The notes below the pieces were generated by a model that made no database searches, was not told the DNA's origin, and was given only the letters and a program-made list of their open reading frames with translations. Shown here piece by piece: positions 24,912-34,770 of a stretch of DNA of 64,000 nt (position 1 is the stretch's first letter; every line of letters starts with the position of its first letter). The stretch spans positions 3,936,001 through 4,000,000 of the forward strand of contig CP086569.2 in assembly GCA_009914755.4 (NCBI GenBank), in the 5' to 3' direction. Source of the DNA: the human T2T-CHM13v2.0 reference genome, Homo sapiens. Both the position numbers and the translations under genes were made by a program.

Positions 24912-25345
24912 TGTATTAGTCAGGGTTCTCTAGAGGGACAGAACCAATATAATAGATGTATACACAAAGGGGAGTTTATTAATGAGTATTAACTCACATG
25001 ATCACAATGTCCCACAATAGGCCATCTGCAAGCTGAGGAGCAAGGAAGCCAGTACATTTTCCAAAGCTAAAGTACTTGGAGTCTGATATTCAAGGACAGG
25101 AAGCATGCAGCATGGGAGAAAGATGTAGGTTGGGAGGCTAAGGTATTCTAGTCTTTTCATGTTCTTCTGCCTGCTTTTTAGTCTGGCCCTGCTGGCAGCT
25201 GATTAGATTATGCCCACCTAGATTAAAGGTGGGTCTGCCTTTCCCAGTCCACTAACTCAAATGTTAATCTCCTTTGGCAACACCACCATAAAGACACCCA
25301 GGAGCAACACTTTGCATCTTTTAATTCAATCAAGTTCATACTCAG
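24912..25345 (-). mobile_element. ERV-L 5' LTR (MLT2-type)
   Basis: The plus strand reads 'tgtattagtcagggttctctagagggacagaaccaatataatagatgtatacacaaaggggagtttattaatgagtattaactcacatgatcacaa...ggccatctgcaagctgaggagcaaggaagcc...ctcaaatgttaatctcctttggcaacacc...ttatccatcaca'. This is the reverse complement of the canonical MLT2 orientation, so the LTR is minus-oriented. Confidence 0.85.
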
Positions 25346-28175
25346 TTATCCATCACAACCAGTGATAACTGTAAAGCAACCACACAGACAAGCCTGCACA
25401 ATAACAAGCTAACATCATGATGGCAGGATCAAAACCACACATATTAATGGTAACCTTGAGTGTTAATGGGCTAACTACCCCATTTAAAAGGCAGAGAGTT
25501 GCAAACTAAATAAAATGTAGGACTGAAAGCTATGCTGTCTTTAAGAGATCCATTTCACATTCAATGACACTCATAGTTTCAAAATAAAGGGATGGAGGAA
25601 AATCTATGAAGCAAATGGAAAACAGAAAAAAGAAGGGGTTGCAATTCTAATTTCAGACAAAGCAGACTTTAAACCAACAAAGATTTAAAAAAAGACAAAA
25701 GAAAACATTACATTATAGTATAGGGTTCAATTCAACAAAAGACCTAACTATCCAAAATATATATGTACCCAACATAGGAGCACCCAGATTCATAACGCAA
25801 ATTCTTAGAGACCAACACAGAGATTTAGACTTCCGTACAATAGCAGTGAGAGACTTCAACACTCCACTGACAGTATTAGACAGCTCATCAAGGCAGATAA
25901 TTACGAAGATATTGTATTAGTCAGGGTTCTTCAGGGGGACAGAACTAATAGGATATATGTATATAGTAAAGGGAATTTATTAAGGAGACTTGACTCACAC
26001 AATCACAAGGTGAAGTCTCACCATAGGCCATCTGCAAGCTGAGGAGCAAAAAAGCCGGTAGTGGCTTAGTCCAAGTCTGAAAGCCTCAAAAGCAGGAAAA
26101 CCAACAGTGCAGACTTCAGTCTGTGGCCAAAGGCTTGAGAACCCTTGGCAAACCACTAGTGCAAGTCCAAGAGTCCAAAAACTGAAAAACCTGGAGTCTG
26201 ATGTTTGAATGCAGGAACTATCCAGCACAGGAGAAAGCTGGAAGACTCAGCAAACCAGCTTATTCCACCTTCTTCTGCCTCCTTTTTCTAGCCATACTGG
26301 CAGCCTACTGGATGGTGCCCACCCAGATTGAGGGTGGTCTTCCTCTCCCAGTCCACTGACTCAAATGTTAATCTCTTTTGGCAACACCCTCACAGACACA
26401 CCCAGAAACAATAGTTTGCATCTATCAATACAGTAAAGTTGACACTTAATATTAATCATCACAGATATTCAGGACCTTAACTCAGCACTGGATCAATTAG
26501 ATCTCAAAGACATATACAGAACTCTGTAGTTAAAAAGTGATAGAATGTACATTCTTCTTACCACCACATGACACATACTCTAAAATTAACCACATAATCA
26601 GACATAAAACAATCTTCAGCAAATACAAAATCACTGAAATCATACCGAATACACTCTTGGACTGCAGCACAATAAAAATAGAGAGATGAAGACAAAAAAA
26701 ATCACTTGAAATCATGCAATTACATGGAAATACAAAAAAAACCTCCTTCTGAATGACTTTTGGGTAAATAAGGAAATTAAGGCAGAAATCAAGAAGTTCT
26801 TTGAAACCAATGAGAACAATGATAAAACAAACCTGAATCTCTGTGACACAGCTAAGTTAGTGTTAAGAGGAAAATTTATAACACTAAATGCCCACATAAA
26901 AATGTTAAAAAGATCTCAAGCTAACATCACAACTAAAAGAACTAGAGAAGCAACAAGAAACAAACTCCAAAACTAGCAGAAGACAATAAATAAGCAGATT
27001 CAGAGCAGAATTGAAGAAAATTGAGACATGAAAAACCAATAAAAAGATCAACAAATCCAGGAGTTGATTTTTTTTGGAAAAAAAATAATAAGATAGGCCA
27101 CTAACTAGACTATTAACAAGAAAAGAGAGAACATCCAAATAAATAGAATTAGAAATGACCAAGGGAATGTTACGACTTACTCCACAGAAATATTATACAA
27201 ATAACCATCAGAGACTATTATAAACACCTCTATGTACACAAACTACAAAACCTAGATGAGATGGACAGATTCTTGGACACATACACTGTCTCAAGACTGA
27301 CCCAGGAAGAATTTGATTCCCTGAACAGGCCAATAATGAGCTCCAAAATTGAATCAGTAATAAATAACCTACCAATCAAAAAAAAAAAAAAAAAAGGACT
27401 AAATGGATTCACAACCAATTTCTTACAGATGTACAAAGAACAGCTGGTACTATTCCTACTGAAAATATGCCAAAAAACTGAGGAGAAGAAACTCTTTCCT
27501 AACTCACTCATGAGGCCAGCATCATGCTGATACTAAAACCTGGAGGAGACTCAACCAAAAAATAAAACTTCAGGCAAATATTCTTGATGAACAAAGATGC
27601 AAAAATTCTCAACAAAATACTAGCAACATGAATCCAGCAGCACACCAAAAAGCTAGTCCACCACAATCGAGTAGGCTTTATTACTGAGATGCAAAGTTGG
27701 TTCAACACATACAAATAAATAAATGTGATTCATCTTATAAATAGAACTAAAACAAAAACCACCTAATAATCTCAATACATGCAGAAAAGACTTTTGATAA
27801 AATTCAACATATTTTCATGTTAAAAACTCTCAACAAACTAGGTATTGAAGGAACATACCTTAAAGTAATAAGATACATATATGGCAAACCCAGAGCCAAC
27901 ATTTTCCTGAGTAGGCAAATCCTAGAAGCATTCCCCTTGAAAACTGGCACAAGACAAAGATCCTCACTCTCACTACTCTTATGGAACATAGTACTGCAAG
28001 TCATGGACAGTGCAATCAGGCAAGAGAAAGATATAAAGACACCTAATTAGGAAGTCAAACTATCGCTGTTTTCAGATGATATCGCTCTATATCTAGAAAA
28101 CCCCATAGTCTCTGCCCTTAAGCTCCTTGATATAATAAACAACTATATGAGTAATAGACGTACAAGATTTTAACA
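25346..28175 (+). mobile_element. L1 LINE: inter-ORF spacer plus 5' about 2.2 kb of ORF2 (old L1M/L1PB-like), carrying a nested MLT2 solo LTR
   Basis: 'caagctaacatcatgatggcaggatcaaaaccacacatattaatggtaaccttgagtgttaatgggctaact' is the ORF2 start. Continuing through the EN and RT domains: '...gattcttggacacatacactgtctcaagactgacccaggaagaatttgattccctgaacaggccaataatgagc...' to '...ctatatctagaaaaccccatagtctctgcc'. The copy is 3'-truncated. Confidence 0.88.
25913..26464 (-). mobile_element. Solo MLT2-type (ERV-L) LTR nested in L1 ORF2
   Basis: 'tgtattagtcagggttcttcagggggacagaactaataggatatatgtatatagtaaagggaatttattaaggagacttgactcacacaatcacaaggtgaagtc...ggccatctgcaagctgaggagcaaaaaagcc...tcaaatgttaatctcttttggcaacaccctcacagacacacccag...attaatcatcacag'. 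The L1 sequence is continuous across its flanks, with a candidate short TSD 'atat(t)'. Confidence 0.85.
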
Positions 28176-30291
28176 GGTATATTTTCTTGTCTTTAGTTAA
28201 TGAAGTAGCATCTTTAAGTTGTTATAAGAACATAATCTCATTTATTTTTACTAAACAACTCATAATTTTCAAACCTGGAGAAATGCCTTAATTTGTGGAG
28301 ACAGCTTTAAAAAGTTGCAGCCCTGAGCATTTCCCCCTATATTGAACTTGACACCTCGCTATGTAACCTAAGTTTTTCCATCATAAAGTATCAAATAATC
28401 TATTATTTTCTTCCCTATGGACATGAAAATTGATAAATTTAATCCACATCTACTTCACAAAGTAAATGCCAGAGGAGAATGTAAGCCATATAGAAAATAA
28501 AATGTTCTAATGTTCATTTTGCTAGATGTTAGAATAGTGAATATACCCATGTACTATCTGTGATTCCACCATTTGGAAAAATATTCAGCAATTTTGATGT
28601 CTTAGATGAGATTCATTAAAAACAAGCCTGTGTACTAATGCTTTATTGGGGTGCAGCTTGGGATGGGAATATTAATCATGCAATTTCAGGGCATCCAGAG
28701 TAAGGAAAAGACAGATGACACAAAATAAAATGAGTGTGAAAAAGTCACCAATGGCTTAATGAGGAAACAGCTTTTTGCTTGATCACACGGGATATCTGAA
28801 AAGGCCATGGTGAATCATCATGCGTTAAAAGTTTATCTGTAAGAGAAAAGCAGAGCCATAGATCGTTAATTCTTCCTCTTTTCTGTGTTTTGACTCACTG
28901 CCCTTCTAGTCACTGGAGATGCCAGATTCCATGCTCTTTGCAGTTTAGCAGCTACATCTAAGTCCAGAAGTGCTGGGAAGAGCCATCGACTCCAAGGGTT
29001 AGATCAGATCAGACTGGTATACTAGGAAGTTACAACAAATGTTATGAGACTTTCTTGGAGTTTAGCCCTCACTTCAATGAATCCAAGACAATCAAGATTA
29101 TTAGGAGATGAGATGACATTGGTAGGATCTGGGGAATCTTCACTATTCAATAACAAAATCCAGGAGAAAAGTAGAGCTAAGTGGACCTGGGGAGCCACAT
29201 AATTTGGATTCCACATAGTTTACCTCTTTCACTATTTATATTAACTAGAAATTACCCATAATATCTGGCTCTGATACTGTAATGTGATATCTCCACTTTT
29301 GCACCAACTCACAAAAGATGGTGATAAACAGTGAAAAGATGGTAGTATCAACAGATTGTAAATCCTGTAAAGGAGTTACTACTGTAAATTACAGTGGTAA
29401 TTATCGAAACTGGGATATTAAGATGAGTGACCTATGACACAGTAAGATGAAAAAACTGAAACACAATAGAAGAAACATTTAGTAGGTCAATGTAATAATT
29501 CGGGTAAAATATGATGGGAGTTTTGGCCAGGATAGGTAGAAGGTGATGAGAAGTAGCCAGATTCTCAGATTCTAAAGACATTTTGAAGTAGAACCTAGCT
29601 GAGTTTGGCTGATGAAATGGATAAGAGATGTAAGGGAAAGAGGTGAGTAAATAATAAATCTAAGATTTGTGATTGTCATTTACTTAAATGGTAAATAATA
29701 CAGGAGCAACTTTTGGAAAGGAGAAATCAGGAGATTTTGGGGGTATGTTAATACTGAGATGCCTAGAGATCCAAGAGGGAATGCTGAGAAGACAATGGGA
29801 TGTATGAGTCTTGAATTCAGGGTAGAAGTTTATACTGGAGATAATAAATTTTGTTGCCATTGGCATAGAGATGTAATTTAAAGCCACAACATAGGTTAAT
29901 ACCATCTAGACATGACGGTGGGTAGATAAAGAATGTTATTAAGGCCTAGGTCACTCTAATTATTAAGGTCAGAGAAACGGGGAGGAAACCTTAAAAGCGA
30001 TTATGCACAAAAAAACAGAAATCAGAATAAAAAATAATATAGAATAATGTTGTTCTGGAATTAAAATGGAAAAAAAATAAATATTTCAAGTTGATGGAAA
30101 TCATCACCAGTGTCAAATACATAGTATGTCAAGATGGGAACTGAAAGTTAACCATTTCATTTAGGAACATGAATGTCATTGATGAACTTGACAATGGTTT
30201 TAATGCAAATGTGGGTATGAAGTTCTGAGTAGAGTGTATTTAAGGAAAAATTGGAAGAAAGGAAGAGGAGACAGTCTCTATAGACATTTCT

Positions 30292-30733
30292 TCTCAGGCA
30301 TCTGAGCCCAAGATAAGCCATCATATCCCCTGTGACCTGCATATATACATCCCGATGGCCTGAAGCAACTGAAGAATCACAAAAGAAGTGAAAATAGTCA
30401 GTCCCTGCCTTAACTGATGACACTCCACCATTGTGATTTGTTCCTGCCCCACCCTAACTGATCAATTAACCTTGTGACATTCCTTCTCCTAGACAATGAG
30501 TCTCAGAACCTCCTCACTGAACACCTTGTAACCCCTGCCTCTGCCTGCAAGAAAATAACCCCCTTTAACTATAATTTTCCACTACCTACCCAAATCCTAT
30601 AAAACTGCCCCACGCCTATCTCCCTTTGCTGACTCCTTTTTTGGACTCAGTCCGCCTTCACCCAGGTGATTAAAAAGCTTTATTGCTCACACAGAGCCTG
30701 TTTGGTGGTCTCTTCGCATGGATGCACATGACA
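30292..30733 (+). mobile_element. Solo LTR, HERV-H LTR7-family (copy 2, closer to canonical LTR7)
   Basis: 'tctcaggcatctgagcccaagataagccatcatatcccctgtgacctgcatatatacatcc...ttccttctcctagacaatgag...ctcactgaacaccttgtaacccctgcctctgcc...ccaaatcctataaaactgccccacgcctatctccctttgctgactcc...gctttattgctcacacagagcctgtttggtggtctcttcgcatggatgcacatgaca'. No PBS or internal sequence follows. Confidence 0.72.
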
Positions 30734-31666
30734 TTTCTGTTAAGGAATTTTGCTTTAGTAGAAAGCAAATTCTGGTAGCTGGAAAAGCGTGGCATTAAAT
30801 GGGGGTAAATATTATTTTTTATGATTGAAAATAGAACATGTTTGAGTGTTAATACAAATAACCTGACAGAAAATGAAAATGTATGTGATGCAGAATGGAA
30901 AGGAGGAAACTGTGGGAGTGATGACCTTAAATAAGAAAGAGTGGTTGGGACTAAGTGAGCATGCAACAGTTGTTGGCATTTGCTGTCCACATGCACAATT
31001 CATCCACAGTAGAAGTAGGATGACAGAGTGAATTAGTTCAGATGCAGTTAATCTGATATTTGTGGTGAGATTTGGGGATATTTCCTCTGATGATTTTTTT
31101 TTGTTTTCACCGCGTATTATAAACCAAGGACATTAGCTGAGAGTGAAGAGGAAGAGGAATTTTTTCAGAGAATGTGTGAAATACTTGTTTAAAGTGTAGA
31201 AGAGTGAGTAGATTAGGAAAACAGTATAATTACTAAGAAGTCTTAAGAACCCAATTGGTTTTATGGTTATGAATTTAAAATGGATCTGTAAGCGTGTTTT
31301 TGTTTCTTTTTCTTCAGATAAGTTTGAATTCACGAGTTCAGGCAGATAGATTTAACCAGACTTGTGGTTTTGTGAAGTGAGTTAAACAAAATGAAAGAAG
31401 GGCAAAGAAGCTAAGTGTACTCAAAGAAGTGATTATTGTAACTGACCATTAAATTTACCCTAGGAAGAAGGAAAGTGAGAACAAGAGATGGGGAGAAACA
31501 GTGAAAATTTCCTAGAAGCAACAGATTGTAAATCTTGGTGGAGTAGTATAATTATTGAAACTGGAATATTAAGATGAGTGGGCTAGAAAAAGTAGATTTA
31601 ATAATCAGAGACTGGGATGTATAAAGTCAAGATTATGGAGGCATTACATGTGCTGATAATGGTAAG

Positions 31667-32129
31667 TGTCAGGTCTCTGAGCCCAAGCTAAGCCATCATA
31701 TCCCCTGTGACCTGCACGTATACATCCAGATGGCCTAAAGTAACTGAAGATCCACAAAAGAAGTGAAAATAGCCTTAACTGATGACATTCCACAATTGCG
31801 ATGTGTTTCTGCCCCATCCTAACTGATCAACGTACTTTGTAATCTCCCTGACCCTTAAGAAGGTTCTTTTTAATCTCCCCCACCCTTAAGAAGGTTCTTT
31901 GTAATTCTCCCCACCCTTGAGAATGTACTTTGTGAGATCCACCCTCTGCCTGCAAAACATTGCTCCTAACTCCACGGACTATCCCAAATCCTGTAAGAAC
32001 TAATGGTAATCCCACCACCCTTTGCTGACTCTCTTTTCAGACTCAGCCCATCTGCATCCAGGTGAAATAAATAGCCTTGTTGCTCACACAAAGCCTGTTT
32101 GGTGGTCTCTTCACACGGATGTGTGTGAC
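31667..32129 (+). mobile_element. Solo LTR, HERV-H LTR7-family (copy 3, same variant as copy 1)
   Basis: 'tgtcaggtctctgagcccaagctaagccatcatatcccctgtgacctgcacgtatacatccagatggcctaaagtaactgaagatccacaaaagaagtgaaaatagcc...cccacccttaagaaggttctttgtaattctccccacccttgagaatg...ggtgaaataaatagccttgttgctcacacaaagcctgtttggtggtctcttcacacggatgtgtgtgaca'. Confidence 0.72.
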
Positions 32130-32169
32130 AATAAGGTCTTGGATTTGACAATAAAAATGAGAAACCGAG

Positions 32170-32540
32170 TGTATTAGTCCATTCTCACACTGCTATAAAG
32201 AAATACCCAAGACTGGGTAATTTATAAAGGAAGAGGGTTTAATTGACTCACAGTTCCACATGGCTGGTGAAGTCTTAGGAAACTTACAATAATGGAGGAA
32301 GGCAAAGAGGAAGCGAAGACCTTTTTCACATGGCATCAGGAGGGAGCAAAGTGTGCAAAGGAGGAATTTGCCAAACACTTATAAAGCCATCAGATCTCAT
32401 AAGAACTCACTCATTATCACAAGAACAGCATGGGGGAAACTGCCCACGTTTTAATCACCTCCCAACAGGTTTCTCTCTTAACACCTGGGGATTAAAATTC
32501 AAGATGAAATTTGGTTGGGACACAAAGCCTAACCATATCA
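32170..32540 (-). mobile_element. Solo ERVL-MaLR LTR (THE1/MST-class)
   Basis: The plus strand reads 'tgtattagtccattctcacactgctataaagaaatacccaagactgggtaatttataaagg...ggaaacttacaataatggaggaagg...ggattaaaattcaagatgaaatttggttgggacacaaagcctaaccatatca', the reverse complement of the THE1/MST LTR. Candidate 5-bp TSD c(c/t)gag at both flanks. Confidence 0.85.
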
Positions 32541-33174
32541 CTGAGGTGAAACAAAGTACACGTTCACTGAAAAATATTTCAAGGACCTTTGATAACAGAA
32601 GACTGGAAAGATTATTCATAAGAATACAGAACACACAGCAAACCCATGCCAAGTGAGCAATGCATTTTCTTTAGCACTCTGTACTGTTGTTCTGAAGTAA
32701 AAGAACTGTTTCTGAAAATCAAACAAAATATTATAAAAGCTTCACAATCAAACAATTTGAAACAAACCATCAATTTAAATGTGCAAATAAATTTTAAAAG
32801 AAACATAAAATTAAAATTGCTATGAATTAGAAGTAGTGCTGGAGAAGTAAAAAAACAAAATATTTCAATGGATAAGGGATAGTGGATATTAAGGGTTGAA
32901 TTATGCCCTCACAAAAGACATGTTTAGGTCCTAATACCCAGCATCTCAGTATGTGACCTTGTTTGGAAATAGGGTTGTTACAGATGTAATTAGTTAAGTA
33001 AAGGTGAGGTTATACTAGAGTAAGATGGGGCCTCAATACAAAATGACTGAGGTCCTTATAAGAAGAAAAAGTCACACATGTGGAATAAATGACCTTTTAA
33101 AGACAGAGCCAGAGATTAGAGTGATGCTGCTACAAGTCAATCAATACAAGGATTGCCTGCAAACATCAGGAGAT

Positions 33175-34165
33175 AGAAGAGCCTTTTAACATGAAATGAT
33201 GTTGAATTTTATTGAAAGCCTTTTCTGCATGTATTGAGACTATCATGTAGATTTTTTCATTCTTTTTTATGTGATGAAGTAAATTTACAATTTGTATATG
33301 TTGAAACAACCTTGCATTCCAGGAATAAAGCCTACTTGATCGAGCTGGTTTAGCTTCTTGATGTACTACTGTATTCTGTTAGGTAATATTTTGTTGAGAA
33401 GTTTTGCATCTATATTCATCAAGGATCTTGACGTGAAGTACTCCTTTTTTTGTGTGTCTCTGCCAGGTTTTGGTATCTGAATAAAGCTGGCCTCATAGAA
33501 TGATTTAGGGAGGAGTCATTCCTCTGCATTTTTTTTTTAATAGTTTCAACAGGAATGGTATCAGCTGTTCTTTGTACATTTCATAGAATTAGGCTGTGAA
33601 TCAACCTGGTCCAGGGATTTTTCTGGTTGTTAGGCATTTTGTAACTTATTCAATTTTCAAACTCATTATTGGTGTATTCAGGGTTTCAATTTCTTCCTGT
33701 TTCAATCTTGGGAGGATGTATGTTTCCAGGAATTCATCCATTTTATATAGATTTTCTAGTTTGTGTGCATAGAATTGATTGTAACAGTCTCTGAGAATTA
33801 TTTTGTATTTCTGTTGAGTCGGTAATAATGTCACCTTTGTCATTTCTGATTGGGTTTATTTTAGTTCTCTCTTTATTAGTCTAGCTAGTGATCTATCAAT
33901 CATTTATTCTTTCAAAGAAACAACTTCTTATTCCTTTGATTTTTTTATTGTATAGATCTCAACTCTCAATTTCATTCAATTCAGCTCAGATTTTTGTTAT
34001 TTCTTGTCTTCTGCCAGCTTTGGGTTTGGTTTGCTCTTTTTTTTTTTTTTTTTTTGTAGTTTTTGGTGTGATACCAGCTTGCTAATTTCAGATCTTTATA
34101 ACTTTTTGATATGGGCATTTAGTGCTGTAAACTTAACTCTTAACACTGCTTATCTCTGCCCTAGG
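33175..34165 (-). mobile_element. L1 LINE ORF2 fragment (RT region), antisense
   Basis: Antisense L1: 'ccttttctgcatgtattgagactatcatgtag...tgaaacaaccttgcattccaggaataaagcctacttgatc...ttgttgagaagttttgcatctatattcatcaaggatcttg...ggcctcatagaatgatttagggagg...ggcatttagtgctgtaaacttaactcttaacactgcttatctctgccctagggattctg'. Confidence 0.82.
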
Positions 34166-34169
34166 GATT

Positions 34170-34770
34170 CTGTTATATCTTTTATTTTTAATTTTAGCTT
34201 TTATTTTAGATATGCGGGTACATGTGTAGAATTGTTACATGGGTATATTGGACTCCATTTGTGAGCATAGTACCCAGTAGCTATTTCTTCAACTCTCACT
34301 CCCACTTTCTTCCCTCCTCCCTCTAGTGGTCTAGTAGTTTAGCTCCCACTTATTAGTGAGAGCTAAACATTGAATAAACATGGACATAAACATGGAAAAA
34401 ACAGAAACTGTGGTCATTCAGTTTTCTGTTCCTGTGTTAATTCATTTAGGACTATGGTCTTTAGCTCCATCCATGTTGCTGCAAAGAACATGGTCTCCTC
34501 TTTTTATGGATGAATAGTATTCTATGGTGTATATGGACCACACTTCCTTTATCCAATTCACTACTGATAGGCACATAGATTGATTCCATGTATTTGCTAT
34601 TGTGAATAACACAGTGATGAACATAAAAGTGAGTGTTTTTTTGGTACAATGATCTATATTTTTGGGGGTATATATCCAGTTCTGAGATTGCTGATAAGCA
34701 TTGTAGTAGACACCTAGCTGGGCTCATTTACTCCCATCTCTCCCTGTTCCACATGACATGTTGATCTTGA
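34170..34770 (-). mobile_element. L1 LINE 3' end (3' UTR plus ORF2 C-terminus) of an L1PA/L1PB-type copy, antisense, with poly-T (rc poly-A) at the left edge
   Basis: 'ttttagatatgcgggtacatgtgtagaattgttacatgggtatattg...gagcatagtacccagtagctatttcttcaactctcactccc...gtttagctcccacttattagtgagag...tttagctccatccatgttgctgcaaagaacatgg...tggatgaatagtattctatggtgtatatggaccacacttcctttatccaat...gggggtatatatccagttctgagattgctg'. Confidence 0.85.

Larger units (their letters stand above)
19703..25345 (-). mobile_element. ERV-L (HERV-L-like, class III) provirus: truncated 3' LTR, then gag-pro-pol-dUTPase internal region, then PBS, then 5' LTR (MLT2-type)
   Basis: On the minus strand, in order, are a gag-like ORF, protease (LLDTGSELPLI), RT (IKDLRDAGVVIPTTYPFNS; LPQEYINSLALCHNLV), integrase core (WQVDYTGPLP) and a dUTPase domain (GGTVLAGMIDSDYQDSISLLLCN) downstream of the integrase. 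That order is the ERV-L hallmark. A tRNA-Leu PBS remnant lies next to a 434-bp MLT2-like LTR at 24912-25345. No env is present. Confidence 0.88.

Noticed and set aside
32870-33170. Stretch resembling a common ancient mammalian interspersed repeat ('gtgaccttgtttggaaatagggttgttacagatgtaattagttaagtaaaggtgaggttatactagagtaag...gtccttataagaag...').
   Set aside because: I am fairly sure it is an old repeat but I could not name the family with confidence. It is left unannotated rather than guessed, and a Dfam search would settle it.
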